DNA of 64,000 nucleotides from Mobula hypostoma (lineage: Eukaryota): NCBI RefSeq assembly GCF_963921235.1, contig NC_086102.1, positions 161,386,001 to 161,450,000 on the forward strand, in the 5' to 3' direction. This document shows, piece by piece, positions 40,601 through 52,600 of the stretch; the first letter of the stretch is position 1; every line of letters begins with the position of its first letter. The notes under the pieces were generated by a model, which worked only from the letters and a program-made list of their open reading frames with translations, was not told the origin of the DNA and made no database searches. The translations under genes were made by a program, and so were the position numbers.

Positions 40601-43600
40601 CATATTAATAACAAAATACTGTTTGCTCGAATTAACCTATGAATTTCCTAAATTAGTAATTTGGATTATAATCATTATATAGTCAGTTGTTTATGACTTG
40701 GTTTGAATTTTTATTGAATAACGTTTAAATGTATATTTAAATTTTTAATATTCTGGTTTCCAGAACCCCCTACTTTCATTAAGAAGTTGAATTCTTCAAC
40801 AATATTGAAAAAAGGCATCTCAGCACGCTTTGAGTGCATTGTTACTGGAACGCCTGAAATCAAAGTCTCTTGGTATAAAAATTGTGCTGAAGTTGTTGCC
40901 AGTGACAAATATATAATATCATTTGATGGTTCTGTGGCAGTTCTTGAGATTATTGATATGGTTGTCGAGGACAGTATGTGCTATGTTTGTGAGATTCGAA
41001 ATGAAGCTGGCAGTGACAGCTGCAGCACAGAAGTTGAAGTTAAAGGTCTGTAATAATGTCCAGATTGGTATTAAACTACATTTGTTACTTTCTTGGGTAG
41101 GGATATTGTTAGTTTTAGTAATTTTGTTAATTTTGATTTCTTTACTATGATTACCTTATAGAACCTCCCAGTTTCAGAAGGAAACTTGAATCTGCTGAGG
41201 TTATAAGAAGTAGTGGTCTTACTCTTGAATGTGAGGTGGCTGGTGCAGGTCCATTTGATGTTATGTGGTTTAAGGACAATAAAAAGATCCCACCAAGTGA
41301 AAAATACAAGATGATCACAAAGAATGTTTTAATTAGCCTTCACATCTTGAAGGTGGATATTCCACTTGTTGGTGAATATAAATGCACAGTAACAAATGAG
41401 GTGGGAAGCTGCTCCTGCAGTTGCATTGTCAGTTTAAAAGGTTAGTTACATGGCGATACAAATATACATTTTGCCATCTTTATTGGATATATTTTAAAGT
41501 AAAATTCTAGTAAAAGGATATATATTGGGGGTTGGGAGGTAACTTGAATCTTAGACTTTTTAATGATTTTCATAACACCACATATTTTGCCATTTTATTT
41601 TCATCTTGAAAGAGGGCAGGGCATATCACTCATATTTATTTGTATGCTTCTTTATCTTGAATTAGAACCTCCATCATTTATAAAGAAGATTGAAAATATT
41701 ACAACATTTGTTGGAAATTCAACTTGTTTTCAGTGCCTTGTAACAGGCTCAGAGCCTCTATCTATAAGTTGGATGAAAGATAATGTCAATATCAAAGAAG
41801 ATGAAAATATATCAATTTCCTTTGAAAACAATCTTGCTGTGCTAACATTTGCGGCAGTTGAAGCAAAAGACGGTGGGAAATACATCTGTCAGGCCAAAAA
41901 TGATGCAGGGGTTGAGAAGTCTTTTGCCACATTGATAGTAACAGGTTGGTTGGGAATATTAAATATAATTAGCTGACATATAAACACAAATTATTTCTGT
42001 TCAAAATTATTTATCAGTTTAGCGTGAAAAAGAAGGTGGTGTTATATTGAATGTACTGACATCACTCAGAATAATATTTTCTTTTAACAGAGCCTGCAAA
42101 AATTGTTGAGGCAGCAAAATCATGCAACGTAACTGTAAAAAATCCAGCAGTTTTGGAATGTATTGTAGCAGGCACACCAGACCTAAAGGTTAAGTGGTTT
42201 AAAGACAGAATGGAGCTCACATCCAGCGGAAAGTATAAATTGACTTTTGAGAATAATGTGGCTAGTTTAAAGATTCATTTGGTAGAGAAGTCAAATAGTG
42301 GTGAATATACTTTTGAGGTCCAGAATGAATTTGGAGTTGACAACTGCAAAGCTTCCTTGACTGTATTAGGTTAGTATTTCTAATTTGGACATGAAAAATA
42401 GAATTCTGTAATGACAAACGAAACTTTGCTGTTTTAAGTTAACCTTTGCATCTTAAGCTTACTAGTTGTGCTCTGTGTTATACAGATCAAACGATTGCTC
42501 CAACATTTACAAAAAAATTAAAGGACATGGGCACTTCTCTAGGGTCTTCTGTGACCATGGAGTGCAAAGTATCTGGCTCTGTTCCGATGACCATTCTTTG
42601 GCATAAAGATGGGAAGGAGATAATGGATAGTAGCAAATATAAACTATCACAGCAAGATAACGCCTCATCTTTGGAAATTAATCAACTAGAAATCTCAGAT
42701 TGTGGAATTTATTCTTGCAGAGTATCAAATATAGCAGGAACTGATGAATGCAGTGGCAAACTAATTGTGAAAGGTGTGACTGTCTTTGTATTTTTACTCA
42801 TATTTTTGGCAAATTAGATGTTTGACGTCATGTTTTAACCTCATGAATGTCTTTTGTATGACCTAATTATTCTAAATTTATTATTCATTACTTAAAATGC
42901 AAAAATTGTAAGTTTATGCTCTTTCTTGCAACAAATATATTCTTTGTTCGATGAATTTTAGAGCCACCAAGATTTATAAAAAAGCCTATGCCTCAGGAGG
43001 TTCCCCCACGCTCTACAGTGCTGTTCAAGAGTGATGCAACAGGAACGCCCCCACTGTCTTTCAAGTGGTTTAAGGATGACAAGGAGCTAAGTTCTGATGC
43101 AACATGTTGCATTGTGACAGAAGTTTCATCCAGTTCTGTGCAACTGTATTCAGTAAACCATTCCAATACGGGATATTATACTTGCCATGTCACCAATGAT
43201 GTTGGCACAGATTCTTGTACAGCAAAATTGTTTGTGACAGGTGTGGAATTCTTAATTGTGTGTGCATGTGTGTGTGTGTTTTCTCAGTGTCTTGTTTAGT
43301 TCTCACCTGTTGTTAACGTTTTCTAGGATTCTGAGTTTTCGCAGTTTGTGCAAACCTTTTTTTATATGTATTCTGTGTTGGCATCTGTTGTCCGTATGAC
43401 ATTGTTTGTATCGTCATATACTCTTTATCACATCAATCCTATATTATCTTCTTGCACTCTTCATGATCTCAAGAATGTACTCTTCATTAAATTAGTTCCT
43501 TTTTATATAAAAAATACAATAAAATTACAGTTGGTTTACGTATGCCTTTTAAATGTTTTTGAAGCATTCTCATCTGATTAATATTCATGATTCAAATTCC

Positions 43601-46600
43601 TTCCACAAATTTAACAATTCCACTTTCCAAAAGATAATCCTCTGTAAAACCAGTGCTACATGTGTTGTATTTTGGTTTTCTAGAGCCACCATCTTTCATC
43701 CAGAAGCTGGAGTCATCAAAAATTCTGAAGAAGGGCGAGTCAGCACATTTTGAATGCAAAGTGACTGGAACACCTGAAATCAAAATTTCGTGGTTCAAGA
43801 ATGATACTGAAATCAGAAACAGTGAAAAATATAAAATGCATTTTGATAATTCTGTAGCATTTCTTGAAATTAATGACTCTGGTGTAGAAGACAGTGGCGA
43901 TTACATTTGTGAAGCTCAAAATGAAGCTGGCAGTGTCAGCTGCAGTGTTGCAGTTAATGTCAAAGGTAGGCAGTTATTTCCTGTTACCAATCAAAAAATG
44001 TTATCAAATGACTCATTGTAAATATATAAATGAGTCAATTATGTTCTTTTTTCCCAGAACCACCTGTTTTCAGTAAAATGCTTGAGACATTGGATGTAAT
44101 AAAAAGTTCTGATGTCATACTGCACTGTGAATTCAGTGGTACATCTCCTTTTGAAGTTACCTGGTACAAAGACAAAAGGCAAATTCGAGCAAGTAAAAAA
44201 TATAAAATTACATATGAAAACAATGTAGCAAGTCTTTACGTTCTTAAAGTGGAGACACCTGACATAGGGGAATACATGTGTATGGTGAAGAATGATGTGG
44301 GAAGTATTAGTTGCACTGGCACATTAAATCTCAAAGGTTAGTAAATTTTCTAAGTTCAATACTTAACTTTTACTGTACCAATTTTGGGAAATTATTACTG
44401 TGAGTTTTTGTTCCACACATAAGATATACTTTATTTCTTTAGAGCCACCCATGTTTGTGAAGAAACTTTCAAACATTTCTTCAGTATTCGGAGAGCCTGT
44501 CACATTACAAGGTACTGTTAGAGGTTCGGAACCAATTCAAGTAACATGGATGAAAGAAAAGAAACAAGTGAAAGATAATGAGGACATAACTATTACCCAT
44601 GTACAAAACATTGTTACTTTGCATATTTCAAAAATGGAGCCTGTCCATGCTGGAATGTATGTTTGCCAAATCAGAAATGATGCTGGAGTGCAAGAGTCCT
44701 CTGCTGCATTATCACTCTTGGGTCAGTAACTTAATGTCAATATATATGAAATTTAATTCATGTTTGAGAACACTGCAGACCATTGTTTCATTAACGATAT
44801 ACAAGAATATTTTGTAAAATTGAATTTGCTTCTTACAGAACCTGCCACTATAGTGGAAAAAGCAGAATCTGTCAACGTAACTTCAGGAGATCCGGTAATC
44901 TTGGAATGCATTGTTAAAGGCACACCTGAACTAAAAGTAAAATGGTTGAAAGACGATCAAGAATTAGTGTCTGGCAGAAAATACAAGATCAGTTTTCTTA
45001 ATGGAATTGCTACTTTAAAAGTTTTATCTGCAGAGAAAGCAGATGGTGGTGAATATACCTTTGAAGTCCAGAATAATGTGGGTAGCAGCAGCTGCAAAGT
45101 ATCAGTCAACGTTCTAGGTTTGACTTCCTGTGTTTTCTTTACTCTTTATTAATTCATTTTTAAAATCTCTTTCTAATCATGGTTCATTTTTGCTATTTAA
45201 ACAGATCGTATTATTCCACCAACATTTATTAGAAAATTAAAGAAAATGGATGGTATCTTGGCTTCTCCACTCAAAATGGAATGCAAGGTTTCTGGATCGC
45301 CTCCAATTACTATGTCTTGGTTCAAAGATGGCCATGAGATTGTCCATGGAGAAAAATATCACCTGGTATTTGGAGAAAATAAATGTGATTTGAAAATCAA
45401 TACTTTGGAACTATCCGATGCTGGCAATTATTTATGTAAAGCAACCAATGCTGCAGGAAGCGATGAATGCAGTGGTGTTTTAACTGTGAAAGGTCAGTTT
45501 GATTTTTAATAATGGTACTAATTTTTATTATTCTTTGTATAAAAATTGCACTTTATGGTTTAATAATTTTCATTTGATAGCAATTTGGCTATAAATTTGT
45601 GAATATTTATTGCAAATGAGTGGTGTTCAAAGACATAATTTATGAAAAGCTGTAAACTATAAATGACAAAAATATAAAATAAAAGACAGGACATGGTTGT
45701 TATATCAATTAATCAGGCAATATCTTTAGAGATAAAAACAGTGCTTATACTTCAGGTTGATGACCTTTCTGTCACAATCGGGGCGCTGGTAGCGGACCCA
45801 AATGCAAGACACAGACACTGAAGTACAAGGAACAGGACCTGACTAGAGTAGGGACGTGACAGGATACAGACAAGGAGCAGGGACAAGAACGCAGACTTGG
45901 GCTAGGACATGGACTAGACACAGGGAACCCGGACAAGGAACTATGAACTAGGCGCCTGGGCTTAGACTCCGAGCCAGAGACTGGACAAGGACCTAGGACC
46001 TGGGTCTTGCCTCGGGCTCAGACCCCAGAACTAGGCAAGGACATGACATGGCTGGGGTCTTGGCTCTTGAGGCTTGAGGCTAATAACTCGGAGGCTGGAG
46101 CTCAGAGACAGACTGGGAACTGTACATCAACATAGAGCCGGGACTTATCCTTCGAAAAGCCAGGACTCATCTTTAACACGGTACTAACAGGAGACTGGAC
46201 AGTACATAGACAGAGCCAAGACTTATCCTTGGACAAGCCGGGACTCATCTTTAACACGACACCAGCACGAAACAGGACAGTACCTAGGCATATGGCCAGG
46301 ACTCCACTTCTCCACACCAAGGTGGGACAGGACCATCCATCGGGTAACAGCAGAACAGCCAGACTTACCCAACAGAGGTAAAGACAAGACAGGACAGGAC
46401 AGGTCCCCCCACAGGGCAACAGCAGAACAGCCTGACTTACCCCACAGAGGCAAGGACAAGACAAGACAAGACAGATCTCCCCGCAGGGCAACAGCAGAAT
46501 GGCCTGACTTACCCCACGGAGGCAAGGATAAGGCAGATCCCCCTGCAGGGCAATGGCAGAATGGCCTGACTTACCCTACAGAGGCAAGGACAAGACAAGG

Positions 46601-49600
46601 CAGATCCCCCCACAGGGCAATGGCAGAACAGCCTGACTTACCCCTCAGAGGCGAGGACAAGAAGAGACAAATACCAAAGAATGACAGACAGTTCCATTTC
46701 TGCATTGGCAATTGAATTTGACAGTGGTGCAGGGGAGGTATCCAGGCAGAGAGTCAGGCAACGGTGGAAAAGAGAGTGAGGGAACAGGACAGTCCAGCAA
46801 GGAATCCCTGGTTTGCAGAGGTATTTATGTCTCAGCCCCAAAACGAGAATCATGTGCCCACAACAGAAACTGGGGAAAACCAGAAACCCCGGAACAAGGA
46901 ATCCTGGACCGGACCATGAACCGGAACACGGATTTCCCGGACCGGACCATGACACTTTCATCAAATTGAGGCAGGTTAGAAATTAGTTAATATTTCAGTT
47001 TGAAACCCTGTTCTGATGGAGAGTTTTGATTCAAAACATAAACAATTTCTTCTCCCCCACTGGTGGCACTAAACCCACTGAATTCCTCTCACAAACAACA
47101 GGAATTCTGCAGATGCTGGAAATTCAAGCAACATACATCAAAGTTGCTGGTGAACGCAGCAGGCCAAGCAGCATCTATAGGAAGAGGCGCAGTCGACGTT
47201 TCAGGCCGAGACCCTTCGTCAGGACTAACTGAAGGAAGAGTGAGTAAGCCCTCTCTTACTCACTCTTCCTTCAGTTAGTCCTGACGAAGGGTCTCGGCCT
47301 GAAACGTCGACTGCGCCTCTTCCTATAGATGCTGCTTGGCCTGCTGAATTCCTCTCACAGATTGCTTGTTGATCCAGCTTCCAACACCTGTAGTCTCCTG
47401 TGTCTCTTAAAATCAGTTGGAGAGAAGGGGGAGAGAGGGTGGACCCAAAGAAATCTCTGTGATAGAGGCCAAGAGATAGCAAAAGGGATGTATGGGTGTA
47501 GGGCCAGCTGATCTTACAAATTACAATTAATTTGTCTAGAGAAGTTGTAAATAGGAAAAGACAAGTCATAGCATAGAGGAGAAAAATACACAATGCTGGA
47601 ATTGTGAGATAGAAAATGGGGAAATGTTTGAAAGGACACCAAAGTTAGTCTTGAGTCAGGATGGAAACAAATTCTTTAAAAATTATTTGTAGAACGGAAT
47701 AGCCTGATGTCCTGATCCTTTAACTTAGACCTAAACTTTAAGGAAGGGAAAAATATAGGATAAAGTTTGTAGTAATATGGCTTGCTGTCAGAAGAAGAGG
47801 ATTACAAAGGTGTGAAGTCTATAAAAAAAAGGACAATTGATTTTATTTCCATTTACAACAAAATGTCTCTAAAATTTTCCATTTAAAATAAATTATGCGA
47901 TATATTATTTCATTTTCACCCTTTAGAACCACCCTCATTTGTGACTAAACCAGATCCTCAAGAAGTTTTACCTGGCTCAACAGTGAAATTTGTAAGTGTT
48001 ATTACTGGCACAGCACCATTGAAAGTAAAATGGTTTAGAGGCAGCACTGAACTGATAACAGGAAGAAGAAGTCGCATATCTTTAAGTGACTCAACATCAG
48101 TACTTGAGCTACTAAATGTGGAACCTTCCCAAAGTGGTGACTACACTTGCCGAGTTAAGAATGAAGCTGGTGAAGATTTTTGTACAACAAAATTAGTTGT
48201 GAAAGGTTTGTAAAATACACATTTTAAAGATGAACATGAGTAATAACATTTTATCAAAGTTACAAGTATATATTTTTACAATTATTTGTCTATGTTTTTT
48301 TTTACCAGAACCAGCAGTATTCCAGAAAAAAATAAAAGATTCCAGTGCAGTACTGGGAAAGTCAGTTTGTCTTGATTGCATATACTCTGGTACTCCAGAA
48401 ATCAAAATAACCTGGAAAAAGAATGGACTTGAGATACTCCAGTCTGAAAAGCACATTATTACAACTACTGAAACATCTTGCATTTTGGAAATTCTCAACT
48501 CTGTTAGAGATGATGGTGCAACATATACTTGTGAAGTACAAAATGATGCTGGAGGGGACACTTGTCAGGCTGAAGTAAAAATACTGGGTTTGTTCACTTT
48601 TAATTTCTTCCATTTAGAAACCATAGAAAAACTACAGCACAGAAACAGGCCTTTTGGCCCTTCTTGGCTGTGCTGAACCATTTTCTGCCTAGTCCCACTG
48701 ACCTGCACAGGGACCATATCCCTCCATACACCTCCCATCCATGTATCTGTCCAATTTATTCTGAAAAGTTAAAAAAGAACCCGCATTTACCACCTCGACT
48801 GGCAGCTCATTCCACAGTCCCTCCACTCTCTGTGTGAAGAAGCCCCCCCTAATGTTTCCTTTAAACTTTTCCCCCCTCACCCTTAACCCATGTCCTCTGG
48901 TTTTTTTCTCCCCTTGCCTCAGTGGAAAAAGCCTGCTTGCATTCACTCTATCTATACCCATCATAATTTTATATACCTCTATCAAATCTCCCCTCGTTCT
49001 TCTACGCTCCAGGGAATAAAGTCCTAACCTATTCAACCTTTCTCTGTAACTGAGTTTCTCAAGTCCCGGCAACATCCTTGTAAACCTTCTCTGCACGCTT
49101 TCAACCTTATTAATATCCTTCCTGTAATTTGGTGACCAAAACTGAACACAATACTCGAGATTCGGCCTCACCAATGCCTTATACAACCTCATCATAACAT
49201 TCCAGCTCTTATACTCAGTACTTTGATTAATAAAGGCCAATGTTCCAAAAGCTCTCTTTACGACCCTATCTACCTGTGACACCACTTTTAGGGAATTTTG
49301 TATCTGTATTCCCAGTTCCCTCTGTTCTACTGCACTCCTCAGTGCCTTACCATTTACCCTGTATGTTCTACCTTGGTTTGTCCTTCCAAAGAGCAATACC
49401 TCACACTTGTCTGTATTAAACTCCATCTGCCATTTTTCAGCCCATTTTTCCAGCTGGTCCAAATCCCTCTGCAAGCTTTGAAAACCTTCCTCACTGTCCA
49501 CTACACCTCCAATCTTTGTATCATCAGCAAATTTGCTGATCCAATTTACCACGTTATCATCCAGATCATTGATATAGATGACAAATAACAATGGACCCAG

Positions 49601-52600
49601 CACTGATCCCTGTGGCACACCACTAGTCACAGGCCTCCACTCTAAGAAGCAATTCTCTACTACCACTCTTTGGCTTCTTCCATTGAGCCAATGTCTAATC
49701 CAATTTACCACCTCTCCATGTATACCTAGCGACTGAATTTCCCTAACTAACCTCCGATGCGGGACTTTGTCAAAGGCCTTACTGAAGTCCATGTAGACAA
49801 CATCCACTGCCTTCCCTTCATCCACTTTCCTGGTAACTTCCTCGAAAAACTCCAATAGATTGGTCAAACATGACCTACCACGCACAAAGCCATGTTGACT
49901 CTCCCTGATAAGTCCCTGTGTATCCAAATGCTTGTAGATTCTGTCTCTTAGTACTCCTTCCAATAACTTGCCCACTACCGACGTCAAACTTACCGGCCTA
50001 TAATTTCCCGGATTACTTTTCAATCCTTTTTTAAACAACGGAACAACATGAGCCAGTCTCCAATCCTCCGGCACCTCACCCGTAGACACCGACATTTTAA
50101 ATATATCTGCCAGGGCCCCTGCAATTTCAACACTAGTCTCCTTCAAGGTCTGAGGGAATACCCTGTCAGGTCCTGGGGATTTATCCACTTTAATTTGCCT
50201 CAAGATAGCAAGCACCTCCTCCTTTTCAATCTGTACAGTTTCCATGATCTCACTACTCGTTTCCCTTAATTCCATAGACTTCATGCCAGTTTCCTTAGTA
50301 AATATAGATGCAAAAAACCCATTTAAGATCTCCCCCATTTCTTTTGGTTCTGCACATAGCCGACCACTCTGATCTTCAAGAGGACCAATTTTATCCCTTA
50401 CAATCCTTTTACTCTTAGTATAGTTGCAAAAGCTCTTTGGATTATCCTTCACTTTGACTGCCAAGGCAACCTCATGTCCTCTTTTAGCCCTCCTGATTTC
50501 CTTCTTAAGTATTTTCTTGCGCTTTTCATACTCCTCAAGCACCTTATTTACTCCCTGTTTCCTATACATGTCATACAACTCTCTGTTCTTCTTCATCAGA
50601 GTTGCAATATCCCTTGAGAACCAAGGTTCCTTATTCCTATTCACTTTGCCTTAAATCCTGACAGGAACATTTGTGGAATTAAAACCAATACCTTTCTTAT
50701 TTGCTTTCTTTTATCAAAACATTTGGTATGCATCTTCTTTAATCATAATAATGTATTGTTTTTATCTTAGAACCGCCAACATTTGTCCAACATTTAGAGC
50801 CTCTGGAAGTAACCGTCGGTGACTCAGGATCTTTTCAATGTGCGCTGACTGGAACACCTGAAATAAAAGTAGCTTGGTACAAGGGAGATACAAAACTGAG
50901 ATCCACCCCAAATTGCAAAATGGAATTTGTGAACAATATTGCAAAATTGGAATTAAAGAAAGTAGCAATGAACGACTGTGGGGAATTCATATGTAAAGCT
51001 GAAAACAAAATAGGTGTCTGTTCATCAAAAGCTGTGCTCACTGTACAAGGTAATTTTGGATGATACATTAATTAGCATTGTGCAGAATGTGAATACCTTT
51101 GTTGGAACATTTTGACCTTTTAACTATTGGTAAAAGAAGCTTGTACAATTATATTAACTTTTCTGTTATGGTTTGTTTTACAGAGCGCAAAACTGCACCT
51201 TCTTTTGTAAGAAAAGTTAAGAATATGGAAGTAACCCTCGGTCTTTCAGTAACATTTGAATGTCATACTGCTGGTTCAGCTCCCATTGAAACTTCTTGGT
51301 TTAAAGATGGTGTAAAGTTGGTCCCTGGAGAAAATTTAAATATGTCTTTCATGGAGAATGTAGCAACTCTTAAAATTCTTAAAGCTGAGATGGAGCATGC
51401 TAGTGAATACACTTGCAAAGCATCAAACATGATGGGAGATGCTTCATGCAGTTCCAGATTATCTGTCAAAGGTATATTGAGTTAAACATTTATGATTTTG
51501 ACTTCTATAATATTTACCATAAACTATATAGAACATAGAATAGTACAGCACAGTACAGGTCCTTCGGCCCACAATGTTGTGCCGACTCTCAAACCCTGCC
51601 TCCCATATAAGCCCCCACCTTAAATTCCTGCATATACCTGTCTAGTAGTCTCCTAAACTTCACTAGTATATCTGCCTCCACCACCGACTCAGGCAGTGCA
51701 TTCCACGCACCAACCACTCCTTGAGTAAAAACCTTTCCTCTAATATCCCCCTTGAACTTTCTACCCCTTACCTTAAAGCCATGTCCTCTTGTATTGAGCA
51801 GTGGTGCCCTGGGGAAGAGGCGCTGGCTATCCACTCTATCTATTCCTCTTATTATCTTGTACATCTCTATCATGTCTCCTCTCATCCTCCTTCTCTCCAA
51901 AGAGTAAAGCCCTAGCTCCCTTAATCTCTGATCATAATGCATACTCTCCAAACCAGGCAACATCCTGGTAAATCTCCTCTGTACCCTTTCCAATGCTTCC
52001 ACATCCTTCCTATAGTGAGGCAACCAGAACTGGACACAGTACTCCAAGTGTGGCCGAACCAGAGTTTTATAGAGCTGCATCATTACATCGCAACGCTTAA
52101 ACTCTATCCCGCGACTTATGAAAGCTAACACCCCATAAGCTTTCTTAACTACCCTATTCACCTGTGAGGCAACTTTCAGGGATATGTAGACAAGTACCCC
52201 CAGCTCCCTCTGCTCCTCCACACTACCAAGTATCCTGCCATTTACTTTGTACTCTGCCTTGGAGTTTGTCCTTCCAAAGTGTACCACCTCACACTTCTCC
52301 GGGTTGAACTCCATCTGCCACTTCTCAGCCCACTTCTGCATCCTATCAATGTCTCTCTGCAATCTTTGACAATCCTCTACACTATCTACAACACCACCAA
52401 CCTTTGTGTTGTCTGCAAACTTGCCAGCCTACCCTTCTACCCCAACATCCAGGTCGTTAATAAAAATCATGAAAAGTAGAAGTCCCAGAACAGATCCTTG
52501 TGGGATACCACTAGTCACAATCCTCCAACGTGAATGTACTCCCTCCACCATGACCCTCTGCCTTCTGCAGTCAAGCCAATTCTGAATCCACCTGGCCAAA

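Larger units (their letters stand above)
47094..47346. mobile_element. Penelope-like fold-back insertion with perfect 92-bp inverted repeat
   Basis: Arms 47157-47248 and 47255-47346, 6-nt spacer CCCTCT; 16-bp direct repeat CTGAATTCCTCTCACA (47078-93, 47344-59) as TSD. Confidence 0.88.

Noticed and set aside
40560-43280. Poly-C run (40560-40570) and short (GT)n tract (about 43258-43279)
   Set aside because: Ordinary short simple repeats with no supporting structure.
7800-45500. TCTT (RBM20-type) motifs near splice acceptors
   Set aside because: A 4-mer that is expected frequently in AT-rich polypyrimidine tracts; enrichment cannot be shown without a background model.
46102-46969. Cys/Leu-rich ORFs, or a CRISPR-like array, in the tandem repeat
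   Set aside because: These are translations of a minisatellite inside a solo LTR. The units are contiguous with no unique spacers, and the context is a vertebrate intron.
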